64,000 bases of DNA from Candidatus Gottesmanbacteria bacterium (GTDB lineage Bacteria > Patescibacteriota > Microgenomatia > UBA10105 > UBA927). Below, one piece after another: positions 38,685 to 47,427 of this stretch. Within the stretch, counting starts at the first letter, position 1; each line of letters opens with the position of its first letter. The stretch is taken from contig JAHFKK010000001.1 in the NCBI GenBank assembly GCA_023245335.1, positions 555,282-619,281 on the forward strand, given 5' to 3'. The translations under genes and the position numbers were made by a program. A model generated the notes under the pieces. The model was given only the letters and a program-made list of their open reading frames with translations. It did no database searches and was not told the origin of the DNA.

Positions 38685-39488
38685 ATGTTTGACTTATTTC
38701 AATATAGCTTTATTATCCGCGGGTTTGAGGCAGGAATCATTGTCGCCCTCATTGCACCAATTATCGGTATATTTCTTGTGCTTCGACGGTATTCGCTTAT
38801 TGCTGACACGCTTTCGCATGTCTCGCTAGCAGGTGTCGCCATTGGACTGCTATTACGCTTGAATCCGTTGGTAACGGCTATTATTACGTCTGTGGCGTCG
38901 TCGGTGGCTATCGAGCGGTTGCGTTTATCCAAAAAGGTGTACGGTGAGTCTGCACTCGCTATTTTCCTTTCGGGTAGTTTGGCTGTCGCAATTGTCCTTA
39001 TCAGTCTTTCGCACGGGTTTAATGTCGACATTTTTAATTATCTTTTTGGTAGCATACTCACCGTCAAGCAATCAGATGTCTGGCTCATTGCCGTGCTTGG
39101 GGTAGCAGTTTTACTTGCCGTTGTGTCCTGTTATAAAGAGCTTGTCTATATCACATTTGATGAGGAATCTGCGCAAGTGAGTGGCGTACCCACCAAAGCG
39201 CTCAACCTCCTTCTTATAGCGCTCGCAGCACTTACCGTGTCGGTCGCGATTCCCATCGTAGGAGTACTTCTCATCGCCGCGCTCATCGTCATCCCGGTCG
39301 TAGCGGCACTGCAGCTCAAACAGAGTTTCAGGCGAACGATTATTATTGCGGAATGCATTTCCGTATTTTCTGTTATTGTCGGTATCATTGCTTCCTTTTA
39401 CCTCAATACTTCATCAGGCGGTACGATTGTGCTCATTTCGCTTCTTATTTTCCTCGTGCTTTTCGCATTCAAAAATCCACGAGGGTAA
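38685..39488 (+). CDS. znuB: Zinc ABC transporter permease
   Basis: SLIADTLSH, YLFGSIL, FDEESA, VG.LL. Confidence 0.9.
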   Translation: MFDLFQYSFIIRGFEAGIIVALIAPIIGIFLVLRRYSLIADTLSHVSLAGVAIGLLLRLNPLVTAIITSVASSVAIERLRLSKKVYGESALAIFLSGSLAVAIVLISLSHGFNVDIFNYLFGSILTVKQSDVWLIAVLGVAVLLAVVSCYKELVYITFDEESAQVSGVPTKALNLLLIALAALTVSVAIPIVGVLLIAALIVIPVVAALQLKQSFRRTIIIAECISVFSVIVGIIASFYLNTSSGGTIVLISLLIFLVLFAFKNPRG

Positions 39489-39528
39489 ACATGTAAGTGT
39501 CGTCAGGTATCCATGGTAGAATACATTC

Positions 39529-40539
39529 ATGGACGAAGAACTGAAAACCAGAGCGACAGAGCTTATCACCAAGTTAAATCTCGATGGCATGCGGAAAGAA
39601 ATCCGTGAGCGGGAAGCCGAGACGATGCATCCTGATTTTTGGAAAGAACCCGAACGTGCGGCCAAGAGGATGCAGGAGTTGTCCGGCTTCCAGAAAGAAC
39701 TTGCCGAAGGTGAGGAGTTTGCCCTATTATTGGAACTTGGTGATGAAGCGGCACTGGCAAAAGAAATCACCCGTTTGGAATTTGCGCTTTACCTTTCCGG
39801 TCCGTATGACAAAGGAAACGCAATACTCGCGCTCCATGCCGGACAGGGCGGGACAGAAGCCATGGACTGGACGCAAATGTTGTACAGGATGTATACGCGC
39901 TATATAGAACGGAAGGGCTGGAAAGCGGAGGAGATGGATTACACGCCGGGAGACGAAGCGGGGATAAAAAGTATCACTCTGGAAGTCAACGGCAGATTTG
40001 CGTTTGGATTCCTCAAGGCAGAAGCAGGCGTGCACCGGCTTGTGCGTCAGTCACCCTTTAACGCGGATAAATTGCGACAGACGTCTTTTGCCATGGTTGA
40101 GGTACTGCCGATTATTGACGAGGAAGTGGGTCCGGACATACGCGAAGAGGATTTGGAATGGGAGTTCTATCGAAGCGGCGGTAAAGGCGGCCAAAACGTG
40201 AATAAGGTTTCGACTGCAGTGCGGTTGAAACACAAGCCCACAGGGATTATCGTCGCAAGCCAGGCGCAGCGGTATCAGGGGCAAAATCGTGAGTTCGCAC
40301 TCAAAATGCTCCGTGCGAAACTTTGGGAGGCGGAAAATGAAAAGCGGCTGGCCCAGGAAAAGGAATTGCGCGGGGTGTATAAAACTCCCGGATGGGGGAA
40401 TCAGATCCGGTCCTATGTATTGCATCCGTATCATATGGTCAAGGATTTGCGTACCGAGTATGAAACATCAGATACGGTAAGCGTCCTGGATGGGAATCTT
40501 GAGGATTTTATACTCGCATACTTGAAAAAATATTCGTAA
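39529..40539 (+). CDS. prfB: Peptide chain release factor 2 (no programmed frameshift)
   Basis: GGTEA.DW, SPF tripeptide, [16 protein letters not shown]. Confidence 0.96.
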   Translation: MDEELKTRATELITKLNLDGMRKEIREREAETMHPDFWKEPERAAKRMQELSGFQKELAEGEEFALLLELGDEAALAKEITRLEFALYLSGPYDKGNAILALHAGQGGTEAMDWTQMLYRMYTRYIERKGWKAEEMDYTPGDEAGIKSITLEVNGRFAFGFLKAEAGVHRLVRQSPFNADKLRQTSFAMVEVLPIIDEEVGPDIREEDLEWEFYRSGGKGGQNVNKVSTAVRLKHKPTGIIVASQAQRYQGQNREFALKMLRAKLWEAENEKRLAQEKELRGVYKTPGWGNQIRSYVLHPYHMVKDLRTEYETSDTVSVLDGNLEDFILAYLKKYS

Positions 40540-40560
40540 GACCTGATAATGAGATAACCT

Positions 40561-41073
40561 ATGAGACCTATGCCGAATAAAACGATACGGCAGACGACAG
40601 ACGAACCGGAAACGCTCGCAGGTGATACGGTTCTGCGTCCCATAGACGCGAGAGACAATAAACCGATTATGAAGCAACTGAAGAAAAATTCATTCGTCAT
40701 TTTGGGCGTCTACATAGTCCTCATTCTTTTCGGTGTGGGGACCGGATATCTCCTCGCGACCAAAAGCTCATTGGGAACTCCGGGTGCTCCTAAGGGGACG
40801 CCGATAAATACGGCGAAGGTCGTGGGAGTCCAGGATGCCTCGACGTTCAAAGACTGCGCGACCGGAAAAATAGAAAAAGGCGGTTTGGATGGGGAAGGCA
40901 CACATAGTCTCGTTCGCGATGGCGGCCCGTCCCAAACTGCATATCTCATATCTTCTGTCGTAGACCTCGACCAATACGTCGGCTTGACCGTAAAAGTCTG
41001 CGGCCAGACGTTACAAGGCAAAAAAGTGTCGTGGCTCATGGACGTCGGACGACTTGAGCTTCAAGGAAAGTAA
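40561..41073 (+). CDS. Single-TM hypothetical protein with an OB-fold-like extracellular domain
   Basis: TM helix, GEGTHSL, DLDQYVG..VKVCG. Confidence 0.75.
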   Translation: MRPMPNKTIRQTTDEPETLAGDTVLRPIDARDNKPIMKQLKKNSFVILGVYIVLILFGVGTGYLLATKSSLGTPGAPKGTPINTAKVVGVQDASTFKDCATGKIEKGGLDGEGTHSLVRDGGPSQTAYLISSVVDLDQYVGLTVKVCGQTLQGKKVSWLMDVGRLELQGK

Positions 41074-41087
41074 GTTGAGTACCAGGG

Positions 41088-41819
41088 ATGATTCGCTTTA
41101 CTTCAGTTTCCAAATTTTATCCGGGGAAGATCCCGGGGGTCATAGACATCTCCGTAGAGATACCGGACGGTGAGTTTGTGTTTCTCATCGGGCCGTCAGG
41201 AAGCGGCAAGACGACGCTTTTGCGGCTCCTCACCCGCGATCTTATCGCCTCGAACGGGTCGATCATCGTTGATGACTGGGATCTCCATAAACTGACAAAG
41301 GGTACGGTACATCTTCTTCGGCGTAAAGTGGGAGTAGTATTCCAGGATTTTAAATTACTTCTGGACCGCACGGTATACGAAAATGTTGCTATGGTCCTTG
41401 AAATTTTGGGTAAGCCGCCTAAAAGTATTCCTGAAGGAGTGAGTAATGTGTTGGAGTTGGTGGGTCTGACGGATAAGAAAAACGTATTTCCCATGCAGTT
41501 ATCGGCAGGGGAGATGCAACGCGCAGGTATTGCCCGGGCAATTGTCGGCGGCCCCAAAATACTCCTTGCCGATGAACCTACAGGCAACCTCGATCCCGAA
41601 ACCGCGTGGGGCATCATCGATATCCTTGAGGAAATTAATAAACTGGGTACGACCGTCATTATCGCAAGCCACAATGCCGATATCGTCAACCGCATGAAAA
41701 AACGGACACTGACGATTGAGCACGGACATATCGTCCGCGATGAGGAAAAAGGCCACTATCATCTGACCAAGCACGAAAAGAGAGACCACAAAGGAGGCAA
41801 ACACGATGCCGCTCATTAG
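41088..41819 (+). CDS. ftsE: Cell division ATP-binding protein FtsE
   Basis: [31 protein letters not shown]; adjacent to ftsX. Confidence 0.92.
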   Translation: MIRFTSVSKFYPGKIPGVIDISVEIPDGEFVFLIGPSGSGKTTLLRLLTRDLIASNGSIIVDDWDLHKLTKGTVHLLRRKVGVVFQDFKLLLDRTVYENVAMVLEILGKPPKSIPEGVSNVLELVGLTDKKNVFPMQLSAGEMQRAGIARAIVGGPKILLADEPTGNLDPETAWGIIDILEEINKLGTTVIIASHNADIVNRMKKRTLTIEHGHIVRDEEKGHYHLTKHEKRDHKGGKHDAAH

Positions 41820-42699
41820 AGAAGTCCGTACCCATATCCGCAGGTCTCCCAACCAGGCTCTCGCGGCGACCCTTACCATGTTTCTGACGTTTCTCGTCGG
41901 CGGTGTTTTTTTCCTGGCATCTCTGGCGTCTGTCTCCATCCTCGGATTTTTTGAAGGTAAACCGCAGATTACGGTATTCTTTACGCCAAAAGCGGGACAG
42001 GTGGAAGCCGATAGCCTGAAGAAAAAACTGGAGGCGACCGGCAAAGTCGCATCGACCCGGTTCGTTTCGAAAGACGAAGCGCTTTCGATCTACCGCCAAC
42101 AAAATCAAAATGACCCGCTACTTCTGGAAATGGTCACCGCCGATATATTGCCCGCTTCGCTTGAAGTTTCCGCAACCGATCCGAAATATTTGGAACAGCT
42201 AGCCCCGGTCATCCAGGGAAGCGACGGCGTTGACGAAGTCGTATATCAGCGCGACGTGGTACACTCGCTCCTTGCCTGGACCAACGCAATCCGTTTGGTC
42301 GGCGGCACGCTCGCTCTCCTTTTGGCGCTTGATTCGCTGCTCATAATCGGCACAGTGATTGCTATGAAGGTCGCGCTCAAGCGGGACGAGATCGAGATTC
42401 TTACGCTGGTTGGAGCTTCCCCTTGGACCATACGTGCACCGTTTATCGTTGAGGGCGGTACGTATGGCGCGATGGGAGCAGCACTCGCGTCACTTATACT
42501 TGTCGTTGTGGTACTGTGGATGCGGCCTATGTTGTATGCATTCCTGGGGATGATTCCCGTACTGCACGCGCTTCTTGTAAACGCAACGGGCCCGGTATTT
42601 TTACTGTCCGCCGGAGGCTTCTTTGTCGGCACTATTCTCTTGGGATTTGTCCTGGGAGCAGTAGGGAGTTGGACGGCTCTTATTCGTTATCTAAATTAA
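41806..42699 (+). CDS. ftsX: Cell division permease FtsX
   Basis: FVSKDEAL, LPASLEV, EIEIL.LVGA...I..PF..EG. Confidence 0.9.
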   Translation: MPLIREVRTHIRRSPNQALAATLTMFLTFLVGGVFFLASLASVSILGFFEGKPQITVFFTPKAGQVEADSLKKKLEATGKVASTRFVSKDEALSIYRQQNQNDPLLLEMVTADILPASLEVSATDPKYLEQLAPVIQGSDGVDEVVYQRDVVHSLLAWTNAIRLVGGTLALLLALDSLLIIGTVIAMKVALKRDEIEILTLVGASPWTIRAPFIVEGGTYGAMGAALASLILVVVVLWMRPMLYAFLGMIPVLHALLVNATGPVFLLSAGGFFVGTILLGFVLGAVGSWTALIRYLN

Positions 42700-42716
42700 C
42701 GTACGTAAGCACATGC

Positions 42717-43910
42717 ATGAGAAGGTTTTTTCAGATTATCGTCATTGTCGGCATCACCGTGCTTTTGGGAGCACAGGTATTCGCGCAATCGAATGATGAT
42801 ATACAGAAGCAGATTGACTTCTATAATCAGCAAATCAGCAATCTCCAGTCTCAAAAGGATACGCTTTCCAAACAGATTTCTCTCCTGAATTCGCAAATTA
42901 CCCTCACGACCCTGCAGATAGACGATACCAAGCAGAAAATATCGGCACTGGATACAGAGATAGGCCAGCTTGATGGGGAAATAGGTAGGTTGGAAACGCT
43001 CAAGACCCAAAGGCTGGAACTCGTACTGCATCGCATACCGCAATCATACAAACGGTCCGCGGCATCGCAATTCGGGTGGTTACTGTTCAGTAAGGATTTC
43101 ACCGAGCTCATCACTCGGGCGAAGTACCTTGCCCAGCTGCAGGAAGAAGATACACAGCTCTATAAACAACTGCAGCTCGCACAAAACGACTACAACGACC
43201 GGAAAGACACCCGGGAAAAGAAAAAGGTAGAGCAGGAAGCACTTCGGACACAGCTCGTTCAGCGGACGAACTTACTTGCGCAGCAAAAAAGCGAAAAACA
43301 ATCGCTCCTTTCCCAGACGCAAAATGATGAAAGCCGGTATCAGCAACTGTTAGCGCAGGCACGGGCACAGCTAGCAGGATTTGCGAGCTTTGCTTCGAGC
43401 CAGGGCGGAGGACTGCTCGGCGGGCAAACGCATTGTGACGGATGGGGATGCTACTACAACCAACGCGATAGCCAGTGGGGGAACATGCTCATAAACGGCA
43501 GGAATGACTGCGGCGGTGCCTGCAGCATCTCGCGCGTCGGATGCCTCATTACCTCGATTGCTATGGTCGCAAGCCATATGGGACATAACGACATAACGCC
43601 TGCCGATATCGCGTCCTCCGATCCAAACAACTTTTCGGTCGGGACCGCTATGTTGCGGTATTCAATAAACGTAAAGGGAGTGAATATCTCTAGGATCGCT
43701 ACGTCGCTTTCTCCGGATAACGTCAAAGATAATCCGGTGGTAGTGGGTATACGATGGGGTCCGTTCGGGACGCACTTTGTCGTCATCAAATCCTATGACG
43801 GCAGCCATTACATCATGAATGATCCGTATCAGGAAGGCGGCCACGACAAGGTATTTACCGACAGTTACTCCTTGGGAAGCGTTTTCGAGGTAGATCGGGT
43901 GTCAATATAG
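42717..43910 (+). CDS. Secreted coiled-coil protein with a C-terminal C39-like cysteine peptidase domain (FtsEX-linked cell-wall hydrolase candidate)
   Basis: Signal peptide, long coiled coil with the PcsB/CwlO-like FS.DF.E...R..YL motif, YNQRD..WG, GCLITS, HFVV, NDP. Confidence 0.85.
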   Translation: MRRFFQIIVIVGITVLLGAQVFAQSNDDIQKQIDFYNQQISNLQSQKDTLSKQISLLNSQITLTTLQIDDTKQKISALDTEIGQLDGEIGRLETLKTQRLELVLHRIPQSYKRSAASQFGWLLFSKDFTELITRAKYLAQLQEEDTQLYKQLQLAQNDYNDRKDTREKKKVEQEALRTQLVQRTNLLAQQKSEKQSLLSQTQNDESRYQQLLAQARAQLAGFASFASSQGGGLLGGQTHCDGWGCYYNQRDSQWGNMLINGRNDCGGACSISRVGCLITSIAMVASHMGHNDITPADIASSDPNNFSVGTAMLRYSINVKGVNISRIATSLSPDNVKDNPVVVGIRWGPFGTHFVVIKSYDGSHYIMNDPYQEGGHDKVFTDSYSLGSVFEVDRVSI

Positions 43911-43963
43911 TCTTCAGAGGGAGGTTTAAACCTAATCAACCCGTCGGGTTGTCGCGTTTACTC

Positions 43964-44050
43964 CCGTATCAGGAAGGCGGCCATGACAAAGTGTTTACTG
44001 ATAGCTATTCACTGGGAAGTGTGTTTGAGGTAGACCGCGTGTCTATATAG
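43964..44050 (+). repeat. Direct repeat of the last 87 nt of the 42717..43910 gene (copy 1 = 43824..43910), synonymously recoded gene fragment
   Basis: Both copies translate to PYQEGGHDKVFTDSYSLGSVFEVDRVSI-stop; 15 nucleotide differences, all synonymous; first 20 nt identical. Confidence 0.95.
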
Positions 44051-44083
44051 TTCTTCTGTTTATTGGAGTTATATAGAGCGTTT

Positions 44084-44629
44084 CTAGTGTCTACTCTTAA
44101 CGATGCTGTCAATCCAAGTTGCGATTCCTATTCTTCCAACGATTCGTGTAAAGAAATAATTGACGAAATGATCATCGCCACGATCGTATGTGGCAACGAT
44201 AGCATTGTAGGTAGGTAATTGTTTCTTCGTGCCATATTCTATGTCTAGCTCTTGTATGTGAATACCTCCATTTTCTAGAAATCTCGTTATCGGTATCTCC
44301 TGAGCTAATGTTTGACGATCGGTTATTACATATTTCCCCTGGTTAAACGCGGCGTGAAGGACACCCAGTCGTTGAAGCCTTTCCCATGTTTGACTGTGGA
44401 CGATTTCCGTGGTGACTACAGGTCCCGGTCCGACATTCGAAATGAATTTTTTAAGTAGCGCTCGGCCATGCCCTTCACGCGTGCGCGGTTGCGTGTTTAT
44501 TGAACATAATTCAGCCGATCCAAATATTCTGCGTGGTCGATAACTTAGCTGACCTAAATAGTCGGGCTCAACTAAACTAAGAACAACAACGTCGTTAGGT
44601 GATCTTCTGCGACCTTCTTTGATTGGCAT
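44084..44629 (-). CDS. Hypothetical protein with a GNAT-like motif A (AT-rich orphan-like)
   Basis: LCSINTQPRTREGHGRALL resembles the acetyl-CoA-binding R/Q-x-x-G-x-G motif; TATAAT 7 nt before ATG 44629. Confidence 0.6.
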   Translation of the reverse strand: MPIKEGRRRSPNDVVVLSLVEPDYLGQLSYRPRRIFGSAELCSINTQPRTREGHGRALLKKFISNVGPGPVVTTEIVHSQTWERLQRLGVLHAAFNQGKYVITDRQTLAQEIPITRFLENGGIHIQELDIEYGTKKQLPTYNAIVATYDRGDDHFVNYFFTRIVGRIGIATWIDSIVKSRH

Positions 44630-44733
44630 ACGGGCGATTATACTGCGACGATTGTAATTTGGACAAATACGCAAGTCTTTGTCTCACATCGTACAGACTA
44701 GGTTATACAGGTTGAGATAAACTATATTTCCAG

Positions 44734-45567
44734 ATGAATCATCTGCCTGGGTTGGGCATCATTTGGAGTTTTTTCGTTCCTCTTGTGTTTGCCGCACAAT
44801 CGCTTACTGCTTCTGACGTTCCGAAAACCCTCGACGAAAAATCCGAAATGCAGGTGACGGTATCCCTGAATTGTGCGGGGTGCGCTGACTCGTATTTGCG
44901 CGGCGTATTTTATCCCAGCGGCACCAGCTATTTCGGATACACACAGGACAATACTGGGAAGTGGAGTAACGCTCCCGGATCCGGCTGTAAGGAATATTAT
45001 GCGGTACTCTCGACGGATTTAGGTAAGGAAGGCACGTGGAGCGGGAGCATCAAAGTAAAGCCCGATACGGAAAGCAGTACTTACACAGGTCCCGGAGAAT
45101 ACTTATTTAAAGTCGGCCGATACCCGGGGGGTTGCGGATCTCCCTCATCGGGCGGGTGGTCAAATGAATCGATCGTCGCAATCACGGGTCCCACGCATAC
45201 TCCAACTCCTGCGCCGTCGGCGACCCCAAATCCTACCGATATTCCTCATCCGACCGCGACTCATACGCCTTCACCCGCATCTACACCCATGACGACGCCA
45301 ATACTCACGCCGTCGTCCGGTCTAACGCCGCCTCCCACAACGACTGAAATCCCTGATATACTTGGAGAAAGTAGCACTTCAGGAAGCATTGACGAATCCG
45401 ACACGCTACCGGAGACGAACGATGAGGCGACGGTTAGCGGACAGAAGTCCGGCGTATCACCGTTTATGCTTTCGTTCCTGTGTATTGGTGTCGGATTTGC
45501 ACTTCTTTCGGCGGCGGTCGCATGGCAGAAAACAGACGTATGGAAAAAAATCATACAAAAAAAGTAA
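44734..45567 (+). CDS. Surface protein: signal peptide, Cys-containing domain, Pro/Thr-rich linker, C-terminal TM anchor
   Basis: PTHTPTPAPSATPNPT linker, ILGES, terminal TM. Confidence 0.8.
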   Translation: MNHLPGLGIIWSFFVPLVFAAQSLTASDVPKTLDEKSEMQVTVSLNCAGCADSYLRGVFYPSGTSYFGYTQDNTGKWSNAPGSGCKEYYAVLSTDLGKEGTWSGSIKVKPDTESSTYTGPGEYLFKVGRYPGGCGSPSSGGWSNESIVAITGPTHTPTPAPSATPNPTDIPHPTATHTPSPASTPMTTPILTPSSGLTPPPTTTEIPDILGESSTSGSIDESDTLPETNDEATVSGQKSGVSPFMLSFLCIGVGFALLSAAVAWQKTDVWKKIIQKK

Positions 45568-45995
45568 CCAAGACCCTGCGGCTGCTTATGTTCGGCTACT
45601 GGGTTCCGGTCGTACTGTGGATGATGACGATATTCGTATTTTCGAGCCAGCATAGCGTGAAAGTTTCTCCGGAGTACTGGCTCAACTTCGCTTTCTTCAA
45701 GATGCTGCACGTCATCGAATATATGACGCTCTTTACACTATCGTATCGGGCTGCTGCTGCGACCTACCCTACCAATAGGAGGGTGTGGGGGATCATGGCC
45801 TTTATGATCGCACTTCTCTATGCAATGAGCGATGAGGCGCACCAGATCTTTACTCCCACGAGAGAACCGACCGTCCGCGATGTTATAATTGACGCCATCG
45901 GGGCAGGACTCATATGGTTTTACCTAGCAAGATTACTACACAAAGCGCCGAAGCTACTCAAAGGTTGGGCGCGGAATTTGGACATTCCTTACTAG
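45540..45995 (+). CDS. VanZ-family membrane protein
   Basis: [25 protein letters not shown]....DV.ID. Confidence 0.85.
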   Translation: MEKNHTKKVTKTLRLLMFGYWVPVVLWMMTIFVFSSQHSVKVSPEYWLNFAFFKMLHVIEYMTLFTLSYRAAAATYPTNRRVWGIMAFMIALLYAMSDEAHQIFTPTREPTVRDVIIDAIGAGLIWFYLARLLHKAPKLLKGWARNLDIPY

Positions 45996-46366
45996 AAAAG
46001 GGGAGTGGTCTTCCCAAGGTGCTTTGTTTGTGGGGAGAACTCGGCAGTGGCAAAACGACATTCGTACAGGGAATTGCCAAGGGAATCGGGATTGCCAGTC
46101 GCCTCCTCTCGCCTACCTTTATTATTGTGCGACGTTATGATATCCCAAAGACCGAGATAGTTTTGTATCACCTGGATTTGTATCGGATGCGCGGAAATAC
46201 CGACATTGAGGGTTTAGGGTTTAAAGACATGCTTAAGGATCCCAACGCGCTCGTCGTCATAGAATGGCCGGAGCGGTTAGGCACGTTTCTACCTGTGAGG
46301 CGGATAGACGCCCGATTTGCCGTCACGGAGGGCGATCAGCATACTATAGATATAAAGGAAGTATGA
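45914..46366 (+). CDS. tsaE: t6A biosynthesis ATPase TsaE
   Basis: [23 protein letters not shown]. Confidence 0.93.
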   Translation: MVLPSKITTQSAEATQRLGAEFGHSLLEKGSGLPKVLCLWGELGSGKTTFVQGIAKGIGIASRLLSPTFIIVRRYDIPKTEIVLYHLDLYRMRGNTDIEGLGFKDMLKDPNALVVIEWPERLGTFLPVRRIDARFAVTEGDQHTIDIKEV

Positions 46367-46959
46367 CCATAGACGAACACATAAAACAGGCGGTGAGTGC
46401 CCTCAGGAAGGGTGGGATCGTCATATACCCGACAGATACAGCGTTCGGTATAGGGTGCCGGATCGATGATAGAGCCGCTGTTGATACATTATTTACGATC
46501 CGTAAACGTCCGTTGACACAGGCCACACCCGTATTAGTCGATAGTATAGAGCAGTCGCTCTCCTATCTTGATTCCCCTTCTGATATTGTGCGACGTTTGA
46601 TGGATACGTATTGGCCGGGGGCGTTGACGATTATAGGAAAATGCAAAAAAAATCTGATCCACTCCCCTATCCGCGGCGGCGGTGAAACAGTCGGCTTCAG
46701 GATGCCGGACCACGAGACGGCCTTAGCTATAGTCCGCGGGGTGGGTGTTCCCATACTCGGGCCGTCTGCAAATTTTCACGGGAGCCCTACTCCCTACACA
46801 TTCGAGTCGCTTGACCCGGAATTGGTCAAGCTGGTCGACTACGTAGTACCGGGCACGGGTAAAGCGGGAAATGTTTCTACGGTTGTGGATACGACGACAA
46901 GTCCGGTAACTATCGTGCGACAAGGCGCGGTGATGCTACATCCGGAGGAATTAGTATGA
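46363..46959 (+). CDS. tsaC: Threonylcarbamoyl-AMP synthase (TsaC/Sua5 family)
   Basis: YPTDT.FG, KRP, WPGALT, RMP, PSAN, STVVD. Confidence 0.92.
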   Translation: MTIDEHIKQAVSALRKGGIVIYPTDTAFGIGCRIDDRAAVDTLFTIRKRPLTQATPVLVDSIEQSLSYLDSPSDIVRRLMDTYWPGALTIIGKCKKNLIHSPIRGGGETVGFRMPDHETALAIVRGVGVPILGPSANFHGSPTPYTFESLDPELVKLVDYVVPGTGKAGNVSTVVDTTTSPVTIVRQGAVMLHPEELV

Positions 46960-47273
46960 AAAAAGATGTGACATTGTCTATCGATACATCGGTCATGGAG
47001 ACGGCAAGCGTTGCTGTAGTAATCGGCGACGACCGCTTTGAAAAAACGAGCCAGTCGCGGATTATGAAATCCCAAATGGTGTTGCCGCTTATAGAAGACA
47101 TACTTTTTGAACACGACCTGAAATTCACGGACATTACAAAGATACAAGTCGCGATAGGCCCCGGTTCGTTTACCGGACTGCGGGTCGGTTGTGCGGTCGC
47201 AAACGCCTTGGGGTTTCTCCTCCACGTACCGGTGAATGGAAAACGGACACTTGCGACACCGGTCTATTCATGA
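46956..47273 (+). CDS. tsaB: Half-length TsaB
   Basis: SIDTS and GPGSFTGLRVG motifs; only 105 aa. Confidence 0.85.
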   Translation: MKKDVTLSIDTSVMETASVAVVIGDDRFEKTSQSRIMKSQMVLPLIEDILFEHDLKFTDITKIQVAIGPGSFTGLRVGCAVANALGFLLHVPVNGKRTLATPVYS

Positions 47274-47298
47274 TACGTATATATAAGTAATAATTTTG

Positions 47299-47410
47299 TC
47301 CGCCTAACCTTGCTTTGCGACTTTTCAGTACTATTCGTACACGTCGCAAAGAGCGGTTGAGCGGCGGATCTAAGAGACACTAATCCCGACACAGTCGGAA
47401 AAGTGTCTCT
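47299..47410 (+). promoter_or_regulatory. Two-hairpin structured leader or small RNA upstream of the 47428 gene
   Basis: TCCGCC/GGCGGA, TAACC/GGTTG, CTTTGCGAC/GTCGCAAAG; then AGAGACACT/AGTGTCTCT with inner CCGAC/GTCGG, followed by SD AAGGAG. Confidence 0.55.
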
Positions 47411-47427
47411 AAGAAAAGGAGTTATAT

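Noticed and set aside
43824-44050. Diversity-generating retroelement TR/VR pair
   Set aside because: Differences are not adenine-specific, all are synonymous, and there is no reverse transcriptase in the window.
43824-44050. CRISPR array
   Set aside because: Only two 87-nt coding-derived copies; no cas genes and no repeat-spacer periodicity anywhere in the window.
45190-45345. Tandem DNA repeat in the surface-protein gene
   Set aside because: Low-complexity Pro/Thr linker at the protein level with no nucleotide periodicity.
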